Source: an uncultured Clostridia bacterium (GTDB lineage: Bacteria > Bacillota > Clostridia > TANB77 > CAG-508). From it: 60,369 nucleotides of DNA. A program made the position numbers and the translations under genes. The stretch spans positions 1 to 60,369 of the forward strand of contig CAMZHI010000005.1 in NCBI GenBank assembly GCA_947306755.1. Reading direction: 5' to 3'. Shown one piece after another: positions 26,963 to 36,878 of this stretch. Within the stretch, counting starts at the first letter, position 1. Each line of letters opens with the position of its first letter. The notes below the pieces were generated by a model. That model had not been told where the DNA came from and did no database searches. It was given only the letters and a program-made list of their open reading frames with translations.

Positions 26963-29900
26963 ATGTTAAAAACAAAAAAATTAAATGCAATAATTGCATT
27001 ACAAATAATACTATCAATGACATTATATTATTTTGTTTTAGTAGGATTTAATGCTGTAACATATGCAATAGATTTAATAGAAACAAACAATCATAATGTT
27101 GATTTTTCTGCCTATTTTATTGATGAGAATGGAGAAAAGACAGATGTTGTTGAAAGTGAAATAACAAGAGAGCAATATCTTTATATTGATGTGTCTGTAA
27201 AAAATGAGGGATTTTTTAATGGAACTATAAAAATATTAAATAATAATTTTAATATTAAAAATGAAATACTTGGTTCAAATGTCTCAAATATTTCAGATAA
27301 TGTAATTTATTTAAATCAAATAAATGCAGGTACTACTGAAACTATAAAAGTTGCAATTAAACCAATAGAACAAGATAATATTCAATATTCTAGTTTTAAT
27401 AGTAAAACTGATATAGTACTTGAGGGGCAATATTTTAATAGTAAAAATATAGAACTTAATAAAAGCATTGAAATAAATGGAATCACAAATATTACAGTTA
27501 GATGGGTTTCTTCAAGTAATGCTGAAATAGATGCTAATGTAGAAACACTTACAAATACAAATTTTCAATTAGATGGTGAAGAAAAAAGAGTTGTACAATT
27601 ATTGGTTAATACAAAATTAAAAAATAATGAATATCCAATTAAAAATACAATGCTAACAATAAATTCTTCAGCTAATATAGAAAAATGCAGTGTTTTTGCA
27701 AAAAGTATAAATTCAACAAATGCAAATAGTATATTTGATTCAAACAATTTTATATATGATGAATTAAATAAATCTCTTAAAATAAGTGTATTAAATGAGA
27801 ATATAGATAATATTAGTTGGAAAAAAGATGCAATAGATTCTTTTGTTGTAACATATATTATTAATAAAGATCAAGATGTTAAAGAGTTTATAGCAAATAT
27901 AGATACTAAATTAATTTTATATGATGATAAAGAATTAACATTAAATAAAATAATTAATGTTAATGAAAATATAGATAAAATAGTATCAAATAATGTTGAA
28001 ACAAGAGAAAACAGCATATTTAAAGGAAAACTATATACAGGAGAAGAAAGAGAGTATATCACAACTTCAAATATAAACATAAACTTTAAAGAACCAGTTG
28101 AAAAAATAACATTTAAAGAAGATGTTTCAAAATTTATTTCTGGAGAAAATGAAATAAATGCTAATATTATTTATAAAAATACATCTATTAATAAACAAAA
28201 CTTTTTAAATATATTTGGTGAAGATGGGTATATTACAGTAAAAAATGAAAGTGGAACAATAATTGCAAATATAAACAATAATACAGAAGTTAATGAAAAT
28301 GGAGATATAGTTCTAAATTATGTTGGTGGAGAAAAATCTTTAATATTTGAAACAAGTAAACCAATTTCAGAAGGAGTATTAAAAGTAAATAATACTAAAG
28401 CTATTTTAAATACAGGATTAACAAGAGAGGAAATAAATAATTTATCAGGAATTAAAGAAACAACGTTAAATATATATAATAACAATAATAATACTATTCA
28501 AGGACAAAAAACAATTGAACTAAAAAATACAACTACTAAGGCAAATTTAAATGTAAATGTAGATAATTTAACATCTATGGAAAAAAATGAAAATGTAAAG
28601 ATGGAAGTTGTACTTGAAAACACAAATGAAAGTATGGATTTATTCCAAAATCCTACAATAAAAATAACACTACCTAAACAAGTAAAAGAAATATCAGCAA
28701 AATGCAAATTAATGTATGGAAATGGATTAGAATTATCTAAAGCTACTATTTATAAAGAAAATGAAAATAATATTATAGAAATTGATTTAACTGGAACACA
28801 AACGTTATATAACACAGAAGTTGTTAATGGAACTACTATTATAATTTATGCAGATATTACATTAGATAAATTAATAGAAAATAGTAATGAAGAAATTAAG
28901 TTAAACTATACAAATGAATTAGCTTCAAATTATACGGATAATGGGGAAGTAAAAAAGAGTATTAAAATTGATGGATTTGACAAAGAAACAATTCAAAAAT
29001 TACAAGAAGAAGAAAAAGCTAGAGCATTAGCAGAAAATACTCAAACAACAGATGGAATTAAATCTACACTTAAAGCATATGTTGGTGGGCAAGAAATTAA
29101 AGAAGGAGATACAGTATATACTGGTGAAATTGTAAAATATGAACTAACACTTGAAAATGTTGGAGAAGATGATATAGAAAATGTAAGTGTGGAAGCAAGT
29201 ATTCCTGAAGGATGTAAATGTGTTAAATTTATTAAGGATTTAGAAAGCAGTGATATAAACGGAAATATTAGTGCATCAGAAGATGAGTATAAAGAATTAG
29301 ATATAGATAAAATTGAAAAAGTTATAAATAAACTATCTAAAGGTCTTGAAAATAAAATTGTATTATCATATGAAATTAAAATTGAAGAAAGTTCAACAAT
29401 AGAAAATATAGGAAATATTGTAAATATACGATATAATGAAAAAACTCAAAATCTTTCTTTAAATAATAAGGTTGAAAAATCGGATATATCTTTAGAATTA
29501 CATATGATAACAAGAGCTAGTGAAACTATTCTAACAAATGAGGAATATTTATATATTTTATATGTAAAAAATAATAAAGGATTAGATATTTCAAACATAA
29601 ATATCCAAATTAATACAAATTCTTCTTATATATTACAAAAGGTGAACGATAATACAGAAGATTATAAGCAAATAGAAAAAAATGGTAATAAATTTACAAT
29701 TGAAAATCTTTCTTCAAATGATACAATAAAATATGTTTTAACTGTAAAATCAGTAGGCAATAATAGTTTAGCAACTATAAATTGTATTGCTAACAACCAA
29801 TATAGATCAAATGAAATTACTGAAGCAATGTATAAAAACAGTATAAAAGCAAGTTTAACCTCTGATAATTCAAATAATAATATCTATAATGAGGATAGAA

Positions 29901-31492
29901 TAATATATAATTTGAAATTAAAGAATGATGGTAATACTGATATAAATAATATAGAAATAATACAAAACATTTCTGAATTTTTAAGAGTAGAATCTGTAAA
30001 AATAGAAGATACAGAAATTGAGTATAATTATTCTTCTATTTATAATGATAATACAGAAGAAGATGAAGAAATAGATGAAGATTCTGAATTTTTAGATGAA
30101 AGAATAAATTTAATATATAGTATACCAGGAGGTTTAGCACCAAATAGAGAAGTTACTGTAAAGGTTACAACAGTGTTTGACGATATGTTGGTAGATGAAG
30201 ATAAAACTATATCAAGTTTTGCTCAAGTTTATTCAAATGCTGATGAAGTTAAAACGGAAGAAATTAAGCATTATTTGAAATCATTTTATGATGACACAGA
30301 TGCTACTCATGAAAATGATATAGATCATGAAAATAGTATAAACGATGAAAACAATACAAATGATAATGATGAAGATGAAAATAATAGTGAGAATAATAAT
30401 GAAAATAATAACAACAATAACAATGGTAATAGTAATAACAACAATAACAATAACAATGGTAATAGTAATAACAATAATGAAAGTGAAAATATAAATATAA
30501 ATAATAAGTATTCAATTTCTGGTTCAATTTGGCTTGATAAAAATGAAGATGGATCTAAAAATAATAATGAAACCAGTGTAGATGGTATTAAAATAATATT
30601 ATATAATTTAAAAGATAATTCTACAAAAGAAATGACATCAAATAATGGTAAATACAATTTTGATGAACTAGCAAGTGGAAAATATATAGTAATCTTTGAG
30701 TATAATAAAGAAAAATATATTATTACAAAATATAGAGCTAATGGCGTTTCAGATAATAATAATTCTGATGTAGAAAATGTAACATTAAACATGAATGGAA
30801 AAGAACAAAAAGTTTCTGCAACTGACACTATAGAAGTAAATGAAGAGAATGTATCAAATATAGATCTAGGTTTAATTGAAGCAAAGAAATTTGATTTAGA
30901 ATTAACAAAAACAATTAGCAAAGTAACCATAAGTAACAAAGAAGGAACTACTGTAAAGGAATATGATAATGCTAATATGGCAAAAGTAGAAATTGCTGCA
31001 AAATATTTAAGTGGATCTACTATTGTTATAGAATATAATATTACAGTAAAAAACACAGGAGAACTTGCAGGTTACGCAAAACAAATAACAGACTATTTAC
31101 CAAAAGATTTAACATTTAATTCTAGTTTAAATAAAGACTGGTATCAATCAGGCGAATATATTTATACAAATAGTTTAGCTGAAAGCAAAATTGAAGCAGG
31201 AGAAACAAAAGAATTAAAATTAATAGTTACTAAGAAAATGACAGAAACAAATACAGGATTAGTAAATAATACGGCAGAGCTTACATCAGTTGCAAATTCA
31301 CAAAATATTGCAGATATAGACTCTATACCAGGAAACAAACAAACAAATGAAGATGATTTAGGAAGTGCAAATGTTATTATAAGTGTAAAAACAGGAGCAG
31401 TAATAAGTTATATTACAATTACTCTTCTGATAACTAGTTTGATATTTTTTGCAGTATTTGGAATAACAAAGAAAGTTATAAAAGATAATTAA
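26963..31492 (+). CDS. Giant cell-surface protein, A-type paralog 2 (same architecture as 17089-22077; poly-Asn linker; SVKTG tail)
   Basis: RBS is AAGGAGG. The N-terminus is collinear with A1 (NVDFSAYF..YLYIDVSVKNEGFFNG..NNNFNIKN). DUF11-like: GEIVKYELTLENVGEDDIENVSVEASIPEG. SdrD-B-like: ISGSIWLDKNEDGSKNNNE. The tail is ISVKTGAVISYITITLLITSLIFFAVFGITKK. Confidence 0.75.
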   Translation: MLKTKKLNAIIALQIILSMTLYYFVLVGFNAVTYAIDLIETNNHNVDFSAYFIDENGEKTDVVESEITREQYLYIDVSVKNEGFFNGTIKILNNNFNIKNEILGSNVSNISDNVIYLNQINAGTTETIKVAIKPIEQDNIQYSSFNSKTDIVLEGQYFNSKNIELNKSIEINGITNITVRWVSSSNAEIDANVETLTNTNFQLDGEEKRVVQLLVNTKLKNNEYPIKNTMLTINSSANIEKCSVFAKSINSTNANSIFDSNNFIYDELNKSLKISVLNENIDNISWKKDAIDSFVVTYIINKDQDVKEFIANIDTKLILYDDKELTLNKIINVNENIDKIVSNNVETRENSIFKGKLYTGEEREYITTSNININFKEPVEKITFKEDVSKFISGENEINANIIYKNTSINKQNFLNIFGEDGYITVKNESGTIIANINNNTEVNENGDIVLNYVGGEKSLIFETSKPISEGVLKVNNTKAILNTGLTREEINNLSGIKETTLNIYNNNNNTIQGQKTIELKNTTTKANLNVNVDNLTSMEKNENVKMEVVLENTNESMDLFQNPTIKITLPKQVKEISAKCKLMYGNGLELSKATIYKENENNIIEIDLTGTQTLYNTEVVNGTTIIIYADITLDKLIENSNEEIKLNYTNELASNYTDNGEVKKSIKIDGFDKETIQKLQEEEKARALAENTQTTDGIKSTLKAYVGGQEIKEGDTVYTGEIVKYELTLENVGEDDIENVSVEASIPEGCKCVKFIKDLESSDINGNISASEDEYKELDIDKIEKVINKLSKGLENKIVLSYEIKIEESSTIENIGNIVNIRYNEKTQNLSLNNKVEKSDISLELHMITRASETILTNEEYLYILYVKNNKGLDISNINIQINTNSSYILQKVNDNTEDYKQIEKNGNKFTIENLSSNDTIKYVLTVKSVGNNSLATINCIANNQYRSNEITEAMYKNSIKASLTSDNSNNNIYNEDRIIYNLKLKNDGNTDINNIEIIQNISEFLRVESVKIEDTEIEYNYSSIYNDNTEEDEEIDEDSEFLDERINLIYSIPGGLAPNREVTVKVTTVFDDMLVDEDKTISSFAQVYSNADEVKTEEIKHYLKSFYDDTDATHENDIDHENSINDENNTNDNDEDENNSENNNENNNNNNNGNSNNNNNNNNGNSNNNNESENININNKYSISGSIWLDKNEDGSKNNNETSVDGIKIILYNLKDNSTKEMTSNNGKYNFDELASGKYIVIFEYNKEKYIITKYRANGVSDNNNSDVENVTLNMNGKEQKVSATDTIEVNEENVSNIDLGLIEAKKFDLELTKTISKVTISNKEGTTVKEYDNANMAKVEIAAKYLSGSTIVIEYNITVKNTGELAGYAKQITDYLPKDLTFNSSLNKDWYQSGEYIYTNSLAESKIEAGETKELKLIVTKKMTETNTGLVNNTAELTSVANSQNIADIDSIPGNKQTNEDDLGSANVIISVKTGAVISYITITLLITSLIFFAVFGITKKVIKDN

Positions 31493-31510
31493 AGGAAAGG
31501 AGGGATAAAA

Positions 31511-34500
31511 TTGAAAAAAGTTAATAGATTAATAGTGATTTTTGCAATATGTATTTTAACATTTCTAATAATAATAGCTAATTATAAGATTTTTGCATTT
31601 TATTTTCCACCTCAAAATGGAACGGCTACATTGACATATTCAGATGATAATTGGAGAAAAGACTATTTTTGTATAAATCACAATAAGTCTTTAGAGGTAG
31701 GAATTAAACATAATTTTACTTTATATAAGGGAAACAGAGTTAACTATTACAGTGATGATACATCAAAATTTAAAAGACAGATTGCATATTTGTTTTATAG
31801 AGCCAGGCAAAGTTTTCAAACTACAACAAATGAAAACGGATATACATATTATAGTGGGTTAGGTTATGGAACTGGTTATCCAAATTATCATAAAACATTT
31901 TATCAACAAGTTTTATGGAAAATATTATATAAAAATTCTAATGGTAATACTTGTACAGGAGATGCTCCTTTTAAGGGTGAATCAGTTGCTGAACTATCAA
32001 GCTTTGAAAACTACAATGGTCAAAGTGCTGAACTAGCAAAACAATTATATAATGATGTGATGAATGATAATAATACTAAGAGTACACCATGCTTTCAAAA
32101 TGTTAAAGTAGAAACAACCGATTTGACTGCTGTAAATAATAGTGCAAATATGGGATATTTTAATGTTACATCTATGAATGGTACTTCACAAACGGTTACA
32201 ATTAAGTATCTTGATGATAACAACAAAACACAAACAGAGACAATATCTGGAGGAGTACATTATAGTACCCATTTTAAATTATTAAAAACAAACAATAAAG
32301 ATGGAGAAGTTTTAGCCGTAAATAAAATAAAACAAGGAAGCAAAGTATATCTTTATTGTACCAAAGGAATATCAAGGATACAAGAAGTTTCTTTAACTGT
32401 ATCAGCATCAGGATGGATGGTAACAGTAGAAAAATGGACCAATAATAAAAATACAGAACAGAATCTGTTAAGAGTTGTTTTAAGAACAAAAAATGAACCT
32501 GCAACTGCAACAGCTAAAATTAAATTAAAAAAAGGTTCTTTACAAATAAGAAAACAAGGAGTAGAAAAATGGAATGCAAGTAGTTCATCTGGAGAAAATC
32601 CAGAAGCTATAAAGGCTTCATTTAAAATATATTGTGTAGATAACCAAAAATGGTTAACAGGAAACGCAAATGGAGAAAAAGGATATACATCAGATTATAA
32701 GAATGCATCAATTTATCAAACAACAACAAAAGTTTCTGGAATGACATCAATAACTATAAATAATATGGTTGCTGGATATAAATACAATATTTATGAAGTT
32801 GATACTGAAGACAATTATAAAAATAAAGATGGAATTCCTAATATGGTTGATGTAGCGTGGTCAATTTTGGATGAACAAAATAAAACATGGAGACGTAATG
32901 ATGGACAGACTAAAAGAATGTCATGGAAGGATGGAAGTAAATCATTTCCGGGATTTGGAAGTGTTTCTATACTAAATGGAAAAACTAAACAGGTTGATGT
33001 AAGAAACGAGAAAATCCCAAAAGAGGAAATTGATATAGGTATACAAAAAGTTGACAATAGTACAGGAAATAGTTTAAGTGGTGTAGGATTACAATTTTAC
33101 AAATTAGATGATGGATGGTTATCAAAAAACAATGATGAAAGTGTGAACTTTGTTAAAGCCTATTCAAATGCTACAACTTATATAACAGGTACAGATGGTA
33201 AAATATTTTTAAAAGATTTAAAAGTGGGAACCTATTATATATATGAAAATAAAACAAGTCCTTCATATAGTCTAGATTATCAAAGAATAAAATACCCAGA
33301 TAATGCTGACCCAAATAAATTTGCAGGGAAAAATGAATATTCAAATATTGTATATTTAGGAGAGTTGAAATTAACAGATGCAGATAAAGGCAAAAAAATA
33401 GATAATATTAAATATAATCAATATTCATTAAATACAAGTTTAACAATACAAAAAAAAGATGGCACTCTTGAAAACATGCCATTATCAGGAACTAAAATAA
33501 AGATATATGGAAATACCTTTATTTCAAATGGATGGATAAATCAGATAAAAGAAGGTGAGTATAAGTTTGAAACCTATGAAAATGCAACAGAATTTATTAC
33601 AAATGATATAGGAGAAATAAAACTAGATAAAATCCCATATGGTACATATTATGTATTTGAAACTGAAGTAGCAGATAAAAATCATTATAATATAAAAGAA
33701 CAAACTGGATATCATATAGATACAGATGAACAAGGAAATCCAATACCAGGAACAAATGATTTTTCTAAAAATGCTGATTGGGTATATTTAGGTAAAGCAA
33801 CAATTGGAGAAACATCTGAAAAAATCAAATTTACTGCTGAAAATTATACATATACTTCTTTAAAAGGTAAAGTTTGGAGAGATATTCCAGCATATAAAGA
33901 AACTACAGTTGGAGACAATGTTTATAGAAGTAATATTGATGAATTAATGTCTGGTATAACTGTTAATTTATACAATGGAAAAGATGAGCTTATTGCTAAA
34001 ACAACAACAAACAATAATGGAGAATATGAGTTTACAAATAAAAATATAGAGAAATACAATGGCGAAAAATTAACATACTGGGAACTTGCATCTTGTTATG
34101 TAGAATTTATATATGATAATAAAAATTATGTAGTAGTTAATCAATTTGTAGGAGAAGATAAAACTATAAATTCAAAAGCAATTGAAGAAACAATGACAGT
34201 TGAAGAATTAGAAGATGATAAGTTAACAGGAACAAAAGAAGCTACAAAAGAGGATTTACCTGGAAAGGCAATTACATATAAAGGTGGAAGAAATTTAACA
34301 AGTAATGAGATAATAGAAAATACTAATGATAATAATAAAAATTTAGCAACAACTCCTCTAACAGGATATTATAATAAAGACACACATACTATTGAAGACA
34401 TTAATCTTGGTTTAGTAAAAAAACCAAATCAAGAAATATATGTTGGAGAAAACTTAGAATATGTTAAGATTACATTAAACGGATATACTTATACTTATAA

Positions 34501-36718
34501 ATATGGTGATCCTGAGGTATTAAATTCTCAATTTGTGCCAACTGTTGAAAAACAGAAAAATAAATATGACTTTTATGCAAAATTATATCCAACAGATGTT
34601 GCATATGATGCTACTAAAGATACTGAAGAATTAAAAGTATATGCTGTTTATAGTATTGGAGTTGAGAACCCTACAATTACACAAGAATATGATAATTATT
34701 ATGAGAAAAAACTTTATCTTTCAGAATTAAATGCTACTTATGATACAGATAGATTTGAATTATCTAAAGATGAAATTGGAGATGCTGAAGAAAATAAACA
34801 ATTCAAGTTATGGAGAGGTGAAAATGGCCAAGCATATTTCAATTTAGAGGAAACTGAAGAAAAAGGAAATGTTTTTGCAAATGGAATTGAACCAAATATA
34901 CAAAAAGAACTAAATCAACCAAGCAAAAGAAAAACAGCACATATTCAATTTAAAGTCAAGAAAGAAATTATAAAACAGATTTTATCTGACATAAATTCAG
35001 TGAATAATACCGAAGTACCAACTAAAGTATTTGCAAAAGGATATCATGAATATTTAAGAACAGACAATGTTTGGATAGATAATAAAGATGTTAAAGCATA
35101 TAGAGGAGTAAAAGGAACATATAATGATGTAACAAATAAAAAATATTATGTTCATAAATCAACAGAAGTTAAAGATGAATCATGTGGTTTGTACTTAAAA
35201 TTTGAATTGGGAGAAGCTAGAACAATATCAGGACTTGTATTTGAAGATAAAGACGAGCAATTAAATGACTACGAAAGAATAGGAAATGGTAAATATGATG
35301 AAGGAGAAACAAAGCTTAAAAATGTTAGTGTAAGTCTATTAAATGAAAGTGGAAATGTTGCAAAATTATATAATAAAGAAAATAATAGTACAACAATTAA
35401 AGATGCAATTGCTATTAGTGAAGATGGAAAATATCAATTATCTGGAATGCTTCCAGGAAAGTATTATTTACAATTCACATATGGTAATGGAACTAAAGTT
35501 TATAAAGATATAAATGGTAATGAAATAGATGGAAAAGCTATTGCAACAACAAAATTAAATGGAGAAAACACTTCTATAAATACTAAGTTATATAAATCAA
35601 CAATTTTAACAGGAAATGCCAAAAATGTAAATGATGAAAAATGGTATTTAAATGATATTGGGCAAAATAATTCTGTAGCAACAGATACAGATGATACAAT
35701 AAAGTCAAGAATAAATGCTAATAACCTTAATACAGAGTTAAATTATCAATATGTAAATGAAGGAAATATTTCCGAAATTATTGATGCTAAAAGTCCGAAA
35801 ATAGATATTAAAATTGAAAATACTGATAAAGAAGAGAGTAAATATAATGAATTACCTCCAATTAACTGTTCAGGATTGAGTTTTGGTATTATTGAAAGAC
35901 CACATGTTAATATAACATTAGAAAAGAAAATCAAAAATATTGCAATAACCTTACAAAATGGTACGACTATAATTAATGGAGATCCAAATGATCCAACTGT
36001 TTCAAAAAATGTAGCTAAATTAACTGATAGTAATGCAAAACTTGAGTTAGATTCTTCTTATTTATATGGATCTAATGCATTAGTAACATATACTCTTTCG
36101 GCACGTAATGAATCAGAAATAGATTATGCAACTGAAGATTATTATAAATATGGTGATAAAAAAGATGCTACTCCTGTAACTACAATTGTAACAAAAATTG
36201 CGGATTATCTAAACAATCAAAATGCATCATATGAGAATAAAAGCAATAATGTAGAAGAATTTGAATTAACGGAAGATACAAAAAATAAGTACTTCTCACA
36301 AGATGTAATTTCTGAAAACCATAATTATAAACAAAAAGTATTTACAACAAATAAAGCATTAAAACCAGTAGCAGCTGTTACTGAAGAACATCTAGATGAA
36401 ACATGTACAGATGAATATGAATTTACAGTAAATAATTTGCTTTCTACATCAGATGAACTACTTGGTTGGATAAGCTATGCAGAAATAATAGAAATCAAAA
36501 ACATTACTTTAACACCACAATCTGTAAGTAAATCTGGAAATTATGTTGTTGGTGATGATAGTACATATGAAGCAGATACTGCAAAAGCTACGATTTCAAT
36601 TAGCCCTTCAACAGGAGAAAATAAAAATTTAATTATTTATGCTAGTATTGGTGGAGGATTAATAATAATTGCTTTAGGAGTTGTATTAATTAAAAAATTT
36701 GTAATTAATGAAAAGTAA
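31511..36718 (+). CDS. Giant adhesin, B-type paralog 2: divergent putative thioester head, Cna-B/SdrD-B stalk, SPSTGEN + TM + KK tail
   Basis: The TTG start lies 6 nt after GGAGGG. YFCINH contains Cys54; GTGYPNY and YQQVLW (Gln132) follow. Cna-B-like segments are IGIQKVDNSTGNSLSGVGLQFY...YYIYENKTSPSYSL and LTIQKKDG...YYVFETEVADKNHYNI. The central ~1.1 kb is highly similar to B1. Confidence 0.75.
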   Translation: MKKVNRLIVIFAICILTFLIIIANYKIFAFYFPPQNGTATLTYSDDNWRKDYFCINHNKSLEVGIKHNFTLYKGNRVNYYSDDTSKFKRQIAYLFYRARQSFQTTTNENGYTYYSGLGYGTGYPNYHKTFYQQVLWKILYKNSNGNTCTGDAPFKGESVAELSSFENYNGQSAELAKQLYNDVMNDNNTKSTPCFQNVKVETTDLTAVNNSANMGYFNVTSMNGTSQTVTIKYLDDNNKTQTETISGGVHYSTHFKLLKTNNKDGEVLAVNKIKQGSKVYLYCTKGISRIQEVSLTVSASGWMVTVEKWTNNKNTEQNLLRVVLRTKNEPATATAKIKLKKGSLQIRKQGVEKWNASSSSGENPEAIKASFKIYCVDNQKWLTGNANGEKGYTSDYKNASIYQTTTKVSGMTSITINNMVAGYKYNIYEVDTEDNYKNKDGIPNMVDVAWSILDEQNKTWRRNDGQTKRMSWKDGSKSFPGFGSVSILNGKTKQVDVRNEKIPKEEIDIGIQKVDNSTGNSLSGVGLQFYKLDDGWLSKNNDESVNFVKAYSNATTYITGTDGKIFLKDLKVGTYYIYENKTSPSYSLDYQRIKYPDNADPNKFAGKNEYSNIVYLGELKLTDADKGKKIDNIKYNQYSLNTSLTIQKKDGTLENMPLSGTKIKIYGNTFISNGWINQIKEGEYKFETYENATEFITNDIGEIKLDKIPYGTYYVFETEVADKNHYNIKEQTGYHIDTDEQGNPIPGTNDFSKNADWVYLGKATIGETSEKIKFTAENYTYTSLKGKVWRDIPAYKETTVGDNVYRSNIDELMSGITVNLYNGKDELIAKTTTNNNGEYEFTNKNIEKYNGEKLTYWELASCYVEFIYDNKNYVVVNQFVGEDKTINSKAIEETMTVEELEDDKLTGTKEATKEDLPGKAITYKGGRNLTSNEIIENTNDNNKNLATTPLTGYYNKDTHTIEDINLGLVKKPNQEIYVGENLEYVKITLNGYTYTYKYGDPEVLNSQFVPTVEKQKNKYDFYAKLYPTDVAYDATKDTEELKVYAVYSIGVENPTITQEYDNYYEKKLYLSELNATYDTDRFELSKDEIGDAEENKQFKLWRGENGQAYFNLEETEEKGNVFANGIEPNIQKELNQPSKRKTAHIQFKVKKEIIKQILSDINSVNNTEVPTKVFAKGYHEYLRTDNVWIDNKDVKAYRGVKGTYNDVTNKKYYVHKSTEVKDESCGLYLKFELGEARTISGLVFEDKDEQLNDYERIGNGKYDEGETKLKNVSVSLLNESGNVAKLYNKENNSTTIKDAIAISEDGKYQLSGMLPGKYYLQFTYGNGTKVYKDINGNEIDGKAIATTKLNGENTSINTKLYKSTILTGNAKNVNDEKWYLNDIGQNNSVATDTDDTIKSRINANNLNTELNYQYVNEGNISEIIDAKSPKIDIKIENTDKEESKYNELPPINCSGLSFGIIERPHVNITLEKKIKNIAITLQNGTTIINGDPNDPTVSKNVAKLTDSNAKLELDSSYLYGSNALVTYTLSARNESEIDYATEDYYKYGDKKDATPVTTIVTKIADYLNNQNASYENKSNNVEEFELTEDTKNKYFSQDVISENHNYKQKVFTTNKALKPVAAVTEEHLDETCTDEYEFTVNNLLSTSDELLGWISYAEIIEIKNITLTPQSVSKSGNYVVGDDSTYEADTAKATISISPSTGENKNLIIYASIGGGLIIIALGVVLIKKFVINEK

Positions 36719-36744
36719 TTTTTATTAATTATTAACATTACTTT

Positions 36745-36805
36745 GAGGTATGAGGTAAGAGGTAGGAAGTAACATTCCGATATCTGATTTCTTACCTCGA
36801 TTTTT
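36745..36805 (+). terminator. Family A-type purine-heptamer hairpin acting as terminator after adhesin pair 2
   Basis: GAGGTAT GAGGTAA GAGGTAG GAAGTAA ... TTTCTTACCTC is followed by GATTTTTA. Confidence 0.6.
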
Positions 36806-36878
36806 ATATTCTACTTGAATTATAATTTTTTTTGTTGTATAGTAATAAATGAGATATAAAAAGAAATGGGGTACGTTT

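Noticed and set aside
30303-31056. Minus-strand ORFs of 243 and 74 aa inside A2
   Set aside because: They are antisense to the poly-Asn low-complexity linker and the SdrD-B region, have a biased L/S/F or Y/C/H composition, and show no translation signals.
17089-36718. Adhesin region as a prophage, ICE or transposon
   Set aside because: I found no integrase, transposase, recombinase, tRNA target or flanking direct repeats. Composition is like the rest of the window. It is best described as a chromosomal tandem duplication.
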